Assembly: GCA_964291215.2 (NCBI GenBank) | Contig: OZ219790.1 | Coordinates: forward strand, 1,024,001-1,088,000 | DNA: 64,000 nt | DNA from: Alphaproteobacteria bacterium | Lineage (GTDB): Bacteria > Pseudomonadota > Alphaproteobacteria > MPNO01 > UBA830 | Direction: 5' to 3' | In this document: positions 1 through 8,876 of the stretch, piece after piece | Position numbering within the stretch: the first letter of the stretch is position 1 | Layout: every line of letters starts with the position of its first letter | Program-made: the position numbers and the translations under genes | The notes under the pieces: model-generated | Databases searched by the model: none | Told to the model about the DNA's origin: nothing | Seen by the model: only the letters and a program-made list of their open reading frames with translations

Positions 1-37
1 GAAAACGGCTCTCCGGGCAGCGTCGCGGCGGCCGCCG

Positions 38-970
38 TCAGGCAATCTGACCGCCGGCGGCCCCGGCCAGCAGCAGCCAGCCGAACAGGCGGTTGGACCT
101 AAACTTGGCGAGGCAGTCCCGGGGATCATCGAGATCCACGTCCGCGACCTGCCACACGAGTTGCGCGAAGGCACAGCCGAGTCCGACCCAGAACGGCCAT
201 CCGAGCCCAGCCAGCGTTCCGGCCGCACCGAACAGCACGATGGCGCAGCCATAGAAGAACAGCAGCCACGGTTTCGATGCCAGCACGCCGAGTGCACGCG
301 CGGATGATCGAACACCGGCTGCAGGATCGTCGGGCCGGTCCTGGTGGGCGTAGATGGTGTCGTAACCAAGAGTCCAGAAGATGCCACCAGCGTAGAGCAG
401 AAAGGCCGGAGCACCGAGGCCGGCCTCGACGGCAGCCCAGCCCAGCAGCGCACCCCAGTTGAAGGCGAGGCCGAGAACGAATTGCGGCCAGAAGGTCACG
501 CGCTTGGCCAGCGGATAGAGACCGACCAGGGTAAGGGAGGCGATCCCCGTCCAGATGGCGTAGTTGTTGAAACTCAGAAGAATCGCCGCGCTGAGGCCGA
601 GTTGAACCACAAACCAGAGGAACGCACCGGTCATCGTCACCTCGCCAGCCGGCAGCGGCCGGTCGCGGGTGCGCGCGACCCTGGCGTCGAAGTTTCGGTC
701 CAGAATGTCGTTCCAGGTGCAGCCGGCGCCACGCATAAGCACCGCCCCGAGTCCGAACAGGACGAAGAGGTGCCCTGCCGCCGGTTCCACCGACGCCAGC
801 GCAATGCTCCACCAGCACGGAAACAGCAGCAGCCACGAACCGATCGGGCGGTCGAGACGCGAAAGCCTGGCATAGGGCTGCAAGCCGGAGGGCAGCAGAC
901 GGTCGACCCAGCCGCCGCGCGGGATATCGCTGAGCCCGTTCGGAGAATGACGGTCTCGTGCCCGTTTCAT
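38..970 (-). CDS. ubiA: 4-hydroxybenzoate polyprenyltransferase
   Basis: RLDRPIGSWLL, GAGCTWNDILDRNFD, RTRDRPL and YDTIYAHQD motifs; hydrophobic protein; start re-called to ATG at 970. Confidence 0.95.
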   Translation of the reverse strand: MKRARDRHSPNGLSDIPRGGWVDRLLPSGLQPYARLSRLDRPIGSWLLLFPCWWSIALASVEPAAGHLFVLFGLGAVLMRGAGCTWNDILDRNFDARVARTRDRPLPAGEVTMTGAFLWFVVQLGLSAAILLSFNNYAIWTGIASLTLVGLYPLAKRVTFWPQFVLGLAFNWGALLGWAAVEAGLGAPAFLLYAGGIFWTLGYDTIYAHQDRPDDPAAGVRSSARALGVLASKPWLLFFYGCAIVLFGAAGTLAGLGWPFWVGLGCAFAQLVWQVADVDLDDPRDCLAKFRSNRLFGWLLLAGAAGGQIA

Positions 971-1305
971 CCCCCAGTGGTAGCGCTTCGGGCGGCATTG
1001 AACAAATCCCGGCAAGTTTCCGCCGGTGCGATCACAGCACTGCACCGGACGGTCGGCGGCGTCGCGTTCCGCCGCAAGCCAGGACCGGGCGGCAATCCGG
1101 GTGGAAATCACCTATCAATACTTGACGATTCCGCAAAATTCTCTTTTGTTACGCCGTCGATTGCGACTGACAGGCTCCGGGGAGCAACCTTGTCCGGCGC
1201 GTGGTATCGGACCGAGCAAGTCGCGAAAGCTGCGTGGCCTCCAGTCCGTAGCCGAAGCATGTCTCGCCCGAACGCCCGACCGGAACAACAGACGGAACAC
1301 GACGC

Positions 1306-2670
1306 ATGGCTGGACCGCCCGGAGGGAACTCCGAACCGATCACGGATTTCCGACAACTCGTCGAACATCTCGAATCGGGATGCAAACCGCGCGAATCGTG
1401 GCGCATCGGCACCGAACACGAGAAATTCGTTTTCAAGCTCGATACCCGTGAACCGGTGCCTTATGACGGGCCCTTCGGCATCGGCGCGTTTCTCGACGGC
1501 ATGACTCGATTCGGCTGGCAACCGGTTCTCGAGAAGGACCGCACCATCGCGCTGGCGATGGAGGGGTGCACGATTTCGCTTGAACCGGGAGGCCAGTTGG
1601 AACTTTCCGGTGCGCCGCTCGGCAATCTGCACGAGACCTGCGACGAGGTGCACACCCATCTGGCACAGGTCAAGGAGGTCGCGGGCGAGCTTGGGGTGGG
1701 GCTGATGGGCCTCGGCTTCCTGCCCGAGGCCCGCCGCGAGGACGTGTCGTGGATGCCCAAGGGGCGCTACGGCATCATGCGCGCCTACATGCCCAAGAAG
1801 GGCAATCTCGGAATCGACATGATGATTCGCTCCTGCACCGTGCAGGTGAATCTCGACTTCGGGTCCGAGGCCGACATGGTCGAGAAGTTCCGCGTCTCGC
1901 TGGCTCTGCAACCGGTAGCAACGGCTTTGTTCGCCAATTCTCCCTTCGTCGAGGGCGCTGCCGTCGGTTGGCAGTCGTGGCGGAGCCACCTCTGGGAAGA
2001 TACCGATCCCGACCGGTGCGGCATCCTTCCCTTCGTGTTCGAGGACGGCATGGGCTTCGAGCGCTATGCCGACTACGCGCTCGATGTCCCGATGTACTTC
2101 GTCTACCGCGACGGGAACTACATCGACGTTGCCGGACAGTCGTTCCGCGATTTCCTCCGGGGCCAGCTACCCGGCCTCGAAGGCGAGCTGCCGACCATGG
2201 GTGACTGGATCGACCACCTGACGACGATATTCCCCGAGGTGCGGCTCAAGACGTTTCTCGAAATGCGCGGCGCAGACGGCGGGGCTTGGCGCCGGCTGTG
2301 CGCTCTGCCGGCGTTGTGGACCGGACTGCTCTACGACGCCGAAGCCCAGAGCGCAGCGGCCGGTCTCGTGCACGACTGGAGCATCGAGGACATCGCCCGT
2401 CTGCGTCATGACGCCGCCCGCACGGGGTTGCACTGCACGTTCCGCGGACGGCCGCTGAAGGAACTCGCTGGCGAAGTCCTCACGATCGCGGAAAGCGGGC
2501 TGCGGCGCCGCGCGATACCGGGCGTTGTCGATCCCGACGAAAGCGGCTTCCTCGCGACGCTTCACGAGATTATCGCCAGCGGCATGAGCCCGAGCGACGA
2601 AATGCTGGCCCGGTTCGAAGACGAATGGAACCGGGACGCCGGCCGCGCCTATTCCGACTACGCGTATTGA
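1306..2670 (+). CDS. gshA: glutamate--cysteine ligase (plant/alphaproteobacterial type)
   Basis: WRIGTEHEKF, ISLEPGGQLELSGAPL, WMPKGRY and FPEVRLKTFLEMRGADGG motifs. Confidence 0.96.
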   Translation: MAGPPGGNSEPITDFRQLVEHLESGCKPRESWRIGTEHEKFVFKLDTREPVPYDGPFGIGAFLDGMTRFGWQPVLEKDRTIALAMEGCTISLEPGGQLELSGAPLGNLHETCDEVHTHLAQVKEVAGELGVGLMGLGFLPEARREDVSWMPKGRYGIMRAYMPKKGNLGIDMMIRSCTVQVNLDFGSEADMVEKFRVSLALQPVATALFANSPFVEGAAVGWQSWRSHLWEDTDPDRCGILPFVFEDGMGFERYADYALDVPMYFVYRDGNYIDVAGQSFRDFLRGQLPGLEGELPTMGDWIDHLTTIFPEVRLKTFLEMRGADGGAWRRLCALPALWTGLLYDAEAQSAAAGLVHDWSIEDIARLRHDAARTGLHCTFRGRPLKELAGEVLTIAESGLRRRAIPGVVDPDESGFLATLHEIIASGMSPSDEMLARFEDEWNRDAGRAYSDYAY

Positions 2671-2695
2671 AGTCCCCGCCCCGGCCCGGATTTCC

Positions 2696-4129
2696 TCAAG
2701 CCGCGGTGCCGCCGACGGTGAGGTTTTCGACAAGCAGCGTCGGCTGTCCGACCCCGACGGGCACCCCCTGCCCTTCCTTGCCGCAGGTACCTACCCCCGG
2801 ATCGAGACTCAGATCGTTGCCCACCATCCTGACGCGGGTCAGCACGTCGGGGCCGTTGCCAATCAGGGTCGCGCCCTTGACCGGCGCCCCGACCTTGCCG
2901 TCCTCGATGAGATAGGCCTCAGATGCGGAGAACACGAACTTGCCGGACGTGATGTCGACCTGACCGCCCCCGAAATTCACCGCATAGAGGCCTTTGCCGA
3001 CTGCACCCAGAATCTCTCCGGAGTCCCGCTCTCCATTGAGCATGTAGGTGTTCGTCATGCGCGGCATGGGAACATGCGCGAAGCCCTGCCGGCGTCCGTT
3101 GCCGGTCGACCCGGTTCTCATGAGGCGGCCGTTCATGCGATCTTGCATGTAGCCGGTCAGTATGCCGTCCTCGATGAGTACGGTCTTTGAGCTCGGCGTC
3201 CCTTCGTCATCGATCGACAGTGATCCGCGACGGTCGTTGATCGTTCCGTCATCGACGACCGTAACCCCCTTCGTGGCGACCCGCTCGCCCATCAGCCCCG
3301 CGAACGCGCTGGTCTTCTTGCGGTTGAAATCGCCTTCGAGCCCGTGACCGATCGCCTCGTGCAGCAGGATACCGGGCCAGCCTGGGCCGAGCACCACATC
3401 CATCTCGCCGGCCGGCGCAGGAACCGCCTCGAGATTGGCCAGCGCCTGGCGCAGGGCCTCGTCGATCTGAGCTTGCCAGGCATCGGGACTGACATAGGCG
3501 GCGTAACCGGTGCGTCCGCCGACGCCATGACTCCCGGACTCGATTCGGTCGCCGTCGGCGCAGACGACGGTCACGTTGACCCGTACCAGCGGACGGACAT
3601 CGTCGCGAGATTCGCCGCCGGCACGCATGACGCGTACCACCTGGCGCTCACCGGAGATCGAGGCGGAGAACTGCGTGACGCGGGCATCAAGGCTTCGGGC
3701 GTAGCTGTCCATGTTCTGAAGCAGGGCCACTTTTTCCGCGAATTTCATTTCGAGCGCCGGATTGACGTCTCCGTAGAGCCTCCGGTTGGTCCTCCGCGGC
3801 CCGACATCGACACTTCCGGCATGGCCCGACCGCACAGCGCGAACGGTCTCCGCCGCCCGCGAAATCGCCTCTTCGGAGAGCTCCGAGGCATGGGCGTAGC
3901 CGGTAGCTTCACCGGATACCCCTCGCAGCCCGAATCCCTGCTCGGTGTTGAACGAGGCGCTGGCCAGACGGCCATCATCGAACACCAGGCTCTCCGATTG
4001 GCAATGTTCAAGGAACAGTTCGCCGTCGTCGGCCCGGTCGAGCGCATCGGAGACGATGGCTCCGACCCGACCGGAGTCCATGCCAGCCCGTTCGAAGAAC
4101 AGTTCGTCGGCGTCAAGGATTTCGCTCAT
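2696..4129 (-). CDS. tldD: metalloprotease TldD
   Basis: GWPGILLHEAIGHGLEGDFNRK and C-terminal GTCGKEGQGVPVGVGQPT. Confidence 0.97.
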   Translation of the reverse strand: MSEILDADELFFERAGMDSGRVGAIVSDALDRADDGELFLEHCQSESLVFDDGRLASASFNTEQGFGLRGVSGEATGYAHASELSEEAISRAAETVRAVRSGHAGSVDVGPRRTNRRLYGDVNPALEMKFAEKVALLQNMDSYARSLDARVTQFSASISGERQVVRVMRAGGESRDDVRPLVRVNVTVVCADGDRIESGSHGVGGRTGYAAYVSPDAWQAQIDEALRQALANLEAVPAPAGEMDVVLGPGWPGILLHEAIGHGLEGDFNRKKTSAFAGLMGERVATKGVTVVDDGTINDRRGSLSIDDEGTPSSKTVLIEDGILTGYMQDRMNGRLMRTGSTGNGRRQGFAHVPMPRMTNTYMLNGERDSGEILGAVGKGLYAVNFGGGQVDITSGKFVFSASEAYLIEDGKVGAPVKGATLIGNGPDVLTRVRMVGNDLSLDPGVGTCGKEGQGVPVGVGQPTLLVENLTVGGTAA

Positions 4130-4375
4130 GGCCTACCCCTGCATCAGGTTCGTGGTCCGCTCATTCGACACTACTCCAGAGTACACGATTGTCCCAGTCA
4201 AGACATCGCGGCGCGCAGGACCGATCAGCGCTTGTCAGCGGCCAAGCCTCACCGACATGCGGCCCGACCGGATAAACGGCCGGCACGATCGAAATTTGTC
4301 TTCGCAGGCGCCGTCTCTCGGTGTGGACAGCCCAGCAGTTACCGAGGCCGCCGTATCGACCACCGGCCGCGCCGC

Positions 4376-5239
4376 CTAGGGTTTCATGAAGGCAGACATA
4401 TCTCGGGTCGTGATCACAGAATCGACATAGCTGAAGGTGCCGTCCTGCAACACTTCCGACGCAGCCGCAATCATGCCGTCCATCGCAGCCCGGTAGAGCG
4501 ATCCGGCCAGACTGACGCGGCGCACCCCCGCAGCCGCCAGGTCTGCCAACAGAAAGGACCTCCCCGGAATGCCGGCCATGAAATTCACGGGTTTCGACAC
4601 TGCCGCACAGACGGCGCTGACAGCGCCCAGGTCCGGCAACCCGGGTGCCATCAATACATCGGCTCCGGCTTCCTCATAAGCCTTCAGGCGCGCAATCACG
4701 CTATCCAGATCCGGGTGGCCATGAAGAAAAAGCTCGCTCCTCGCCGTCAGGACAAAGTCGAAGCCAGTCGACCTCGCGGCAGCGACGGCCGCGCTGATCC
4801 TCGCCGCCGCACTGTCGAGGTCATATATCGGATCTCCAGATTCGCCAGTCGAATCCTCGATCGAACAGCCCACAAGCCCATGTTCGGCAGCAAGCCGCAC
4901 GGTTTCGGCAACCACCGAAGGCTTGTGCCCGAACCCGTTTTCAAGATCGCCGGAAACAGGAAGGTCAACTGCGTCAGCGACGGCTTGCGCATGTCGAAGC
5001 GCGTCATGCCTGGTCACGCTTCCGTCCCGGCGTCCCATCGTGCCCGCGAATCCGCTGCTTGAGGTCGCAAGGGCGGGACATCCGAGCCCGGCGAGGACGC
5101 ACGCCGAACCCGCGTCGAAGGGATTGGCCATAACGAATGGCCCAACGCCCTCATGCAGTGCACGAAATCGCTCGGCCTTGTCGGCTTGACTTGGGCGAGT
5201 ATCCACCTCCGGGGTTGCGCTTTCCGGTATCAAGGTCAT
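4376..5239 (-). CDS. isocitrate lyase/PEP mutase family protein
   Basis: KAERFRALH, NPFDAGSA, LATSSSG, PVSGDLENGFG, GCSIED, AYEEAGAD; start re-called at 5239 (GAGGA upstream). Confidence 0.88.
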   Translation of the reverse strand: MTLIPESATPEVDTRPSQADKAERFRALHEGVGPFVMANPFDAGSACVLAGLGCPALATSSSGFAGTMGRRDGSVTRHDALRHAQAVADAVDLPVSGDLENGFGHKPSVVAETVRLAAEHGLVGCSIEDSTGESGDPIYDLDSAAARISAAVAAARSTGFDFVLTARSELFLHGHPDLDSVIARLKAYEEAGADVLMAPGLPDLGAVSAVCAAVSKPVNFMAGIPGRSFLLADLAAAGVRRVSLAGSLYRAAMDGMIAAASEVLQDGTFSYVDSVITTRDMSAFMKP

Positions 5240-5324
5240 GTCCTCACAGGAATCATCGAGTTGTTGACGGCTGTCTGCCATCCGTTGCCGCGCCCGATCA
5301 GCAGAGCGCAACACGAGAAGACCG

Positions 5325-5352
5325 AGGCTAGGGCAGAACCGGAATTAGTCAA
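5325..5352 (-). promoter_or_regulatory. putative sigma70 promoter of the ICL/PEP mutase gene
   Basis: TTGACT-16-TAGCCT on the minus strand. Confidence 0.4.
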
Positions 5353-5483
5353 GCAAGAGAAACGGCTAATCGGGCCTTCCACCCCGGCCGTGCGGGACAG
5401 GGCCGTGTAGGTGGTTCCGGCACGGACAGGACCGAGGTTTCTCTTCACCGCAACAGCAGGCGCCGGCACCGCAGGCGGACCGC

Positions 5484-6233
5484 TCAGTTCACGTTGACGG
5501 CCTCACCGAGGACAGGTCCGATTTCGAGGTGGACGACAAGATCGGCGATGTCATCGAGTCCGGTCGGATCCCGGTTGATGATGACGAGTTTCGCGCCGCT
5601 CTTCTTTGCCATTGCCGGAAAACCGGCGGCAGGATAAACGACAAGCGACGAGCCGGCGACAATGAACAGATCGCAGGCGAGGGTTTCGACGCGCGCGCGC
5701 TCCATCTCGCGTTCGGGCATCATCTGACCGAACGAGATCGTCGCCGCCTTGACGAGACCGCCACAATCGACGCACTCGGGAGCGGCGCCGTCGGCCTGGA
5801 AGGCCGCCTTGATGGGTGCCAGCTCGTAGCGGGTGCCGCAGGTCAGGCAGGTAGCGTACGTGCCATTGCCGTGGAGCTCGATCATCCGCTCATCGGGCAC
5901 GCCGGAAGCCTGGTGAAGACCGTCGATGTTCTGCGTGATCACAGCTGTCACCTTGCCGGTGCGCACCAGTTTGGCCACTGCCCGGTGGCCCCGGTTCGGC
6001 TCGGCGCCGTCAATATCGCGATCGACATCGAACTTGCGCCGCCATGCCTCGCGGCGAGCATCTTCCGAATGGACGAACTCCTCGAAATAGATCGGGGCGG
6101 TCTTCGACCATATTCCGTTCGGACTGCGGAAATCCGGAATGCCGGACTCTGTCGATATACCGGCTCCGGTAAAGACCACGGCGCGTTCGGCGACCGCTAT
6201 CATCTCCCTCAGCGCAGGAATCTCATTGTTCAT
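5484..6233 (-). CDS. NAD-dependent protein deacylase, Sir2/sirtuin family
   Basis: FTGAGISTESGIPDFRS, TQNIDGLHQ, ELHG, Zn-binding CLTC...CVDC, GSSLVVYPAA; start re-called at 6233. Confidence 0.95.
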   Translation of the reverse strand: MNNEIPALREMIAVAERAVVFTGAGISTESGIPDFRSPNGIWSKTAPIYFEEFVHSEDARREAWRRKFDVDRDIDGAEPNRGHRAVAKLVRTGKVTAVITQNIDGLHQASGVPDERMIELHGNGTYATCLTCGTRYELAPIKAAFQADGAAPECVDCGGLVKAATISFGQMMPEREMERARVETLACDLFIVAGSSLVVYPAAGFPAMAKKSGAKLVIINRDPTGLDDIADLVVHLEIGPVLGEAVNVN

Positions 6234-6894
6234 ACTGGTGGGCCGCGACTGCGGAATGGCCGTGGTCCGCCCAGACCCCGACCACCTCGGCGCTGTCGGG
6301 AACATGGCCGAAGATCAGGTCAACGGACGTGATCGTAGCCTTATGCAGGGCCGCGTTGGCGCTTCCGACGCAGTCGGGCGGCATCACGATGTAATAGCCA
6401 TGGAAGAATCCTGCACGCAGCGTGGACTCGACACAGACATTGGTCGCAACCCCGGTCATTACCAGTGTGCGAATCCCGCGCGCCTGCAGGAGATCATGCA
6501 GCCCGGTTTCGTGAAAGGCCGAATAGCAGTGCTTCTCGATCACCGACTCATCGTCACGTGGCGCAACCCCGTAGAACTCGGCGCCCCAGGAACCCGATGC
6601 GCAGCAGACGGCACCCTTGCCCTTTTCCAGCATCTTCGAGAGCATCGGCACCGGCAGCTTGTCATGATCATAGATGGCCTTGATCCATACCACTGCAACG
6701 CCCGCGCGCCGCGCGTCACCGAGAAGTCCGTCAAGGCGCCGGGCGAGGTCACGATTGGGGCTCATGTCCGCATTCTGGGTGTTATCGATGTAGCCGCCTT
6801 CCGCGCAGAAATCGTTCTGCATGTCGACAACGATGACCGCCGTGTGCGCGGGATCGAGAATGTCCTTGATCCCGCTCAGAAGCCTGTCAACCAT
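6223..6894 (-). CDS. cysteine hydrolase / isochorismatase family amidohydrolase (RutB/NicF-like)
   Basis: Asp-Lys-Cys triad motifs VVDMQNDF, IEKHCYSAF, GVATNVCVEST. Confidence 0.9.
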   Translation of the reverse strand: MVDRLLSGIKDILDPAHTAVIVVDMQNDFCAEGGYIDNTQNADMSPNRDLARRLDGLLGDARRAGVAVVWIKAIYDHDKLPVPMLSKMLEKGKGAVCCASGSWGAEFYGVAPRDDESVIEKHCYSAFHETGLHDLLQARGIRTLVMTGVATNVCVESTLRAGFFHGYYIVMPPDCVGSANAALHKATITSVDLIFGHVPDSAEVVGVWADHGHSAVAAHQYEQ

Positions 6895-7747
6895 GACCGA
6901 CCTGCCTTTCCATGTCCCAGTAGACGCAGCCCATGCCGCAACGGAGTTCGACGGCAGGCTCGTAACACATCGTGCGGGCCGGCCGGCCTTCCGCAGCTCC
7001 CATGGCTCCGATCCATGCCAGCAGTTCGCTGGTTCCGCCGTCTCCGGCCGCCAGCATTTTATCCATCGTGCATTCGCGCAGGACCGTCTCCGGATCTCCC
7101 TGCTCCATCAGCGCCAGAAACCAGCGGTCGAAGTCTTCGTTGACGTCGAAATACTTGGGCCCGCCGGGATCATGCGAGAGCCCGCCGGTAGCCATGAAGG
7201 CAACCCTGAGCCCGGGCGGCAAGTCCGAACCAACGATCTCGCGCACGGCGCAGCCGACCTCGTAACTTGTGTGCGTAGACGGCACGGGCGGCACGACGCA
7301 GTTCATGTTGATCGGAACCAAGGGAATGTCGTGGTCCGGAGTAAGGTAAAAGAGCGGCACCGACCAGTTGTCGTCGAACAGCAACTGTGCCGCAGAGACG
7401 GTATCGAACCCACGTGTCGACAGCCCGTCGAAGATTGCTCCGGCAACGCCGCTGTCTCCCGCTACCACATAAGGCGGCACATTGACCCAGTCCTGAAACC
7501 ATTCCGCCGGACCGTTCCAGGACCCAGAGGTGCCGACGCAAAAATCATGGGTGTCATGCGGCGGCATGTTGAGAAGATGATCGTTGGCAAGGCCGACGAT
7601 CACGTCGGGCCGTGTCGCACGCAGGATATCGCCAAGCCGCGAGAAGCCGTCGGTGAGCCTTTTCTGCTGGTGTTCGGGTGCCTGATCCAGCCAGCCTGTC
7701 AGACCCGGCGCATGGCTCAAGGCGACCACGGAAACAAGTTCGGCCAT
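6887..7747 (-). CDS. extradiol ring-cleavage dioxygenase, LigB-type catalytic subunit
   Basis: N-terminal SHAP, RPDVIVGLANDH, ATGGLSH and SELLAW motifs. Confidence 0.88.
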   Translation of the reverse strand: MAELVSVVALSHAPGLTGWLDQAPEHQQKRLTDGFSRLGDILRATRPDVIVGLANDHLLNMPPHDTHDFCVGTSGSWNGPAEWFQDWVNVPPYVVAGDSGVAGAIFDGLSTRGFDTVSAAQLLFDDNWSVPLFYLTPDHDIPLVPINMNCVVPPVPSTHTSYEVGCAVREIVGSDLPPGLRVAFMATGGLSHDPGGPKYFDVNEDFDRWFLALMEQGDPETVLRECTMDKMLAAGDGGTSELLAWIGAMGAAEGRPARTMCYEPAVELRCGMGCVYWDMERQVGHG

Positions 7748-8058
7748 CAGCGCAACTTTCCCCGGCCTTCGACAACGCTTCGGCCATAAGCCTGTGCCGC
7801 TGTCGAACGGTTGTGATTGTATCCCGTACCATGAAACAATCTCGAAACCTGCGGCAAAAAGTAGGGATGGACTCCAAGCTCCGCAAGACTCTTGAGATCG
7901 ATGTGCCTGAACGCTTCGCGCTCCACCTCCGAGAGGCCGTATTGTTCCATAACCGCCTCCAGATCATCGGCAAAAGCGGCGAATTTTTTCTGATCTCGGC
8001 GTACCTCGAAGATCATCCGGTTTGCCGGCAGATCCCTTCTCGTATCCGCTATACCCAT
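7747..8058 (-). CDS. LigA-like small subunit of ring-cleavage dioxygenase
   Basis: FADDLEAVMEQYGLSEVEREAF...DLKSLAELGVHPYFL matches the LigA/CarBa pattern; strong RBS GAGGGAGGA; TGATG overlap with the LigB-type gene. Confidence 0.8.
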   Translation of the reverse strand: MGIADTRRDLPANRMIFEVRRDQKKFAAFADDLEAVMEQYGLSEVEREAFRHIDLKSLAELGVHPYFLPQVSRLFHGTGYNHNRSTAAQAYGRSVVEGRGKLR

Positions 8059-8430
8059 CAGCGATCCTCCCTCTGTGACAACAGGCGAATGATCCCGCAC
8101 CGGAAGAAACAGGTCAAGCGGCCACGTACTGCGCGGTTCCTGCTTCGGAGTCGCTAAAGCGCGGTCACGAATGTGCCGAGGGTTGCGGATCTCGGGCCGG
8201 CTGCCGGCGAAGAAAATTGTCGGGGCAGGCCATGGAATTTTCGATAGGACGGCTGGCCCCACGCAAGCTCTTTCCCGAATCTCCCAAATTGCATGGCTGC
8301 AGTCTCCTCAAGCCATGTGCTGCAAAACAACGTTGAAAGCAAGGAAAATATGACGGGTATCAGTAACTGCTCACGCCCCTGGTTCCAGCTTGATATCGGG
8401 GTAGAGCAACGAACGGGTTTTCGTGAAGAT

Positions 8431-8459
8431 TTGACACTGTGGACGGATTCTGCTAGATT
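8431..8459 (+). promoter_or_regulatory. near-consensus sigma70 promoter P1
   Basis: TTGACA-17-TAGATT with a TG extended -10 motif. Confidence 0.6.
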
Positions 8460-8632
8460 TGTCGCCAAAATAATAGTTTATTCATTTGGTGTGGATCTGC
8501 TATCGATGATGTCATGGATGCTATGGTCGATACGCTGCGATCCAAATTCAGATGTCCTGACCTCGTAAGTTGACTTGATCCGTCTGGCTCCCCTTTTTTC
8601 CAACGCAATCAACGATTTTCCCGGTTTTTTGC

Positions 8633-8668
8633 TTGACAACGTAGCCGCGTGATGGTACGATATACCAT
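8633..8668 (+). promoter_or_regulatory. near-consensus sigma70 promoter P2 with overlapping palindrome
   Basis: TTGACA-17-TACGAT with TG extension; ATGGTA-N5-TACCAT (8652-8668) overlaps the -10 box. Confidence 0.6.
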
Positions 8669-8695
8669 GATGCCTAGAATTGGATGGCCCCGGCC

Positions 8696-8830
8696 ATGAA
8701 CACGCTCGCGATGCACTCTCCTGAAGCCGTCCAGATCGGAACCTCAAAGGGACCTGCAGACGGCGTGAGCCGCACGACCGTGCAGCGGGCGGTGAAGAAG
8801 CTCCGGAACCGGCCTCCGCATGATCTATGA
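8696..8830 (+). CDS. 44-aa ORF with HTH-like segment, possibly a transposase or regulator remnant
   Basis: Hand translation MNTLAMHSPEAVQIGTSKGPADGVSRTTVQRAVKKLRNRPPHDL; GVSRTTVQR resembles an HTH recognition helix. Confidence 0.35.
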   Translation: MNTLAMHSPEAVQIGTSKGPADGVSRTTVQRAVKKLRNRPPHDL

Positions 8831-8876
8831 ACTGCCAGACAACGCACGCAAACTCGGCCCAGAAGCATCACCCTGA

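Noticed and set aside
5320-5446. Short direct (GACCGAGG) and inverted (AAGAGAAAC/GTTTCTCTT) repeats between the sirtuin and ICL-family genes
   Set aside because: Only 8-9 bp, they do not form a coherent TIR/TSD arrangement, and the segment is not repeated elsewhere.
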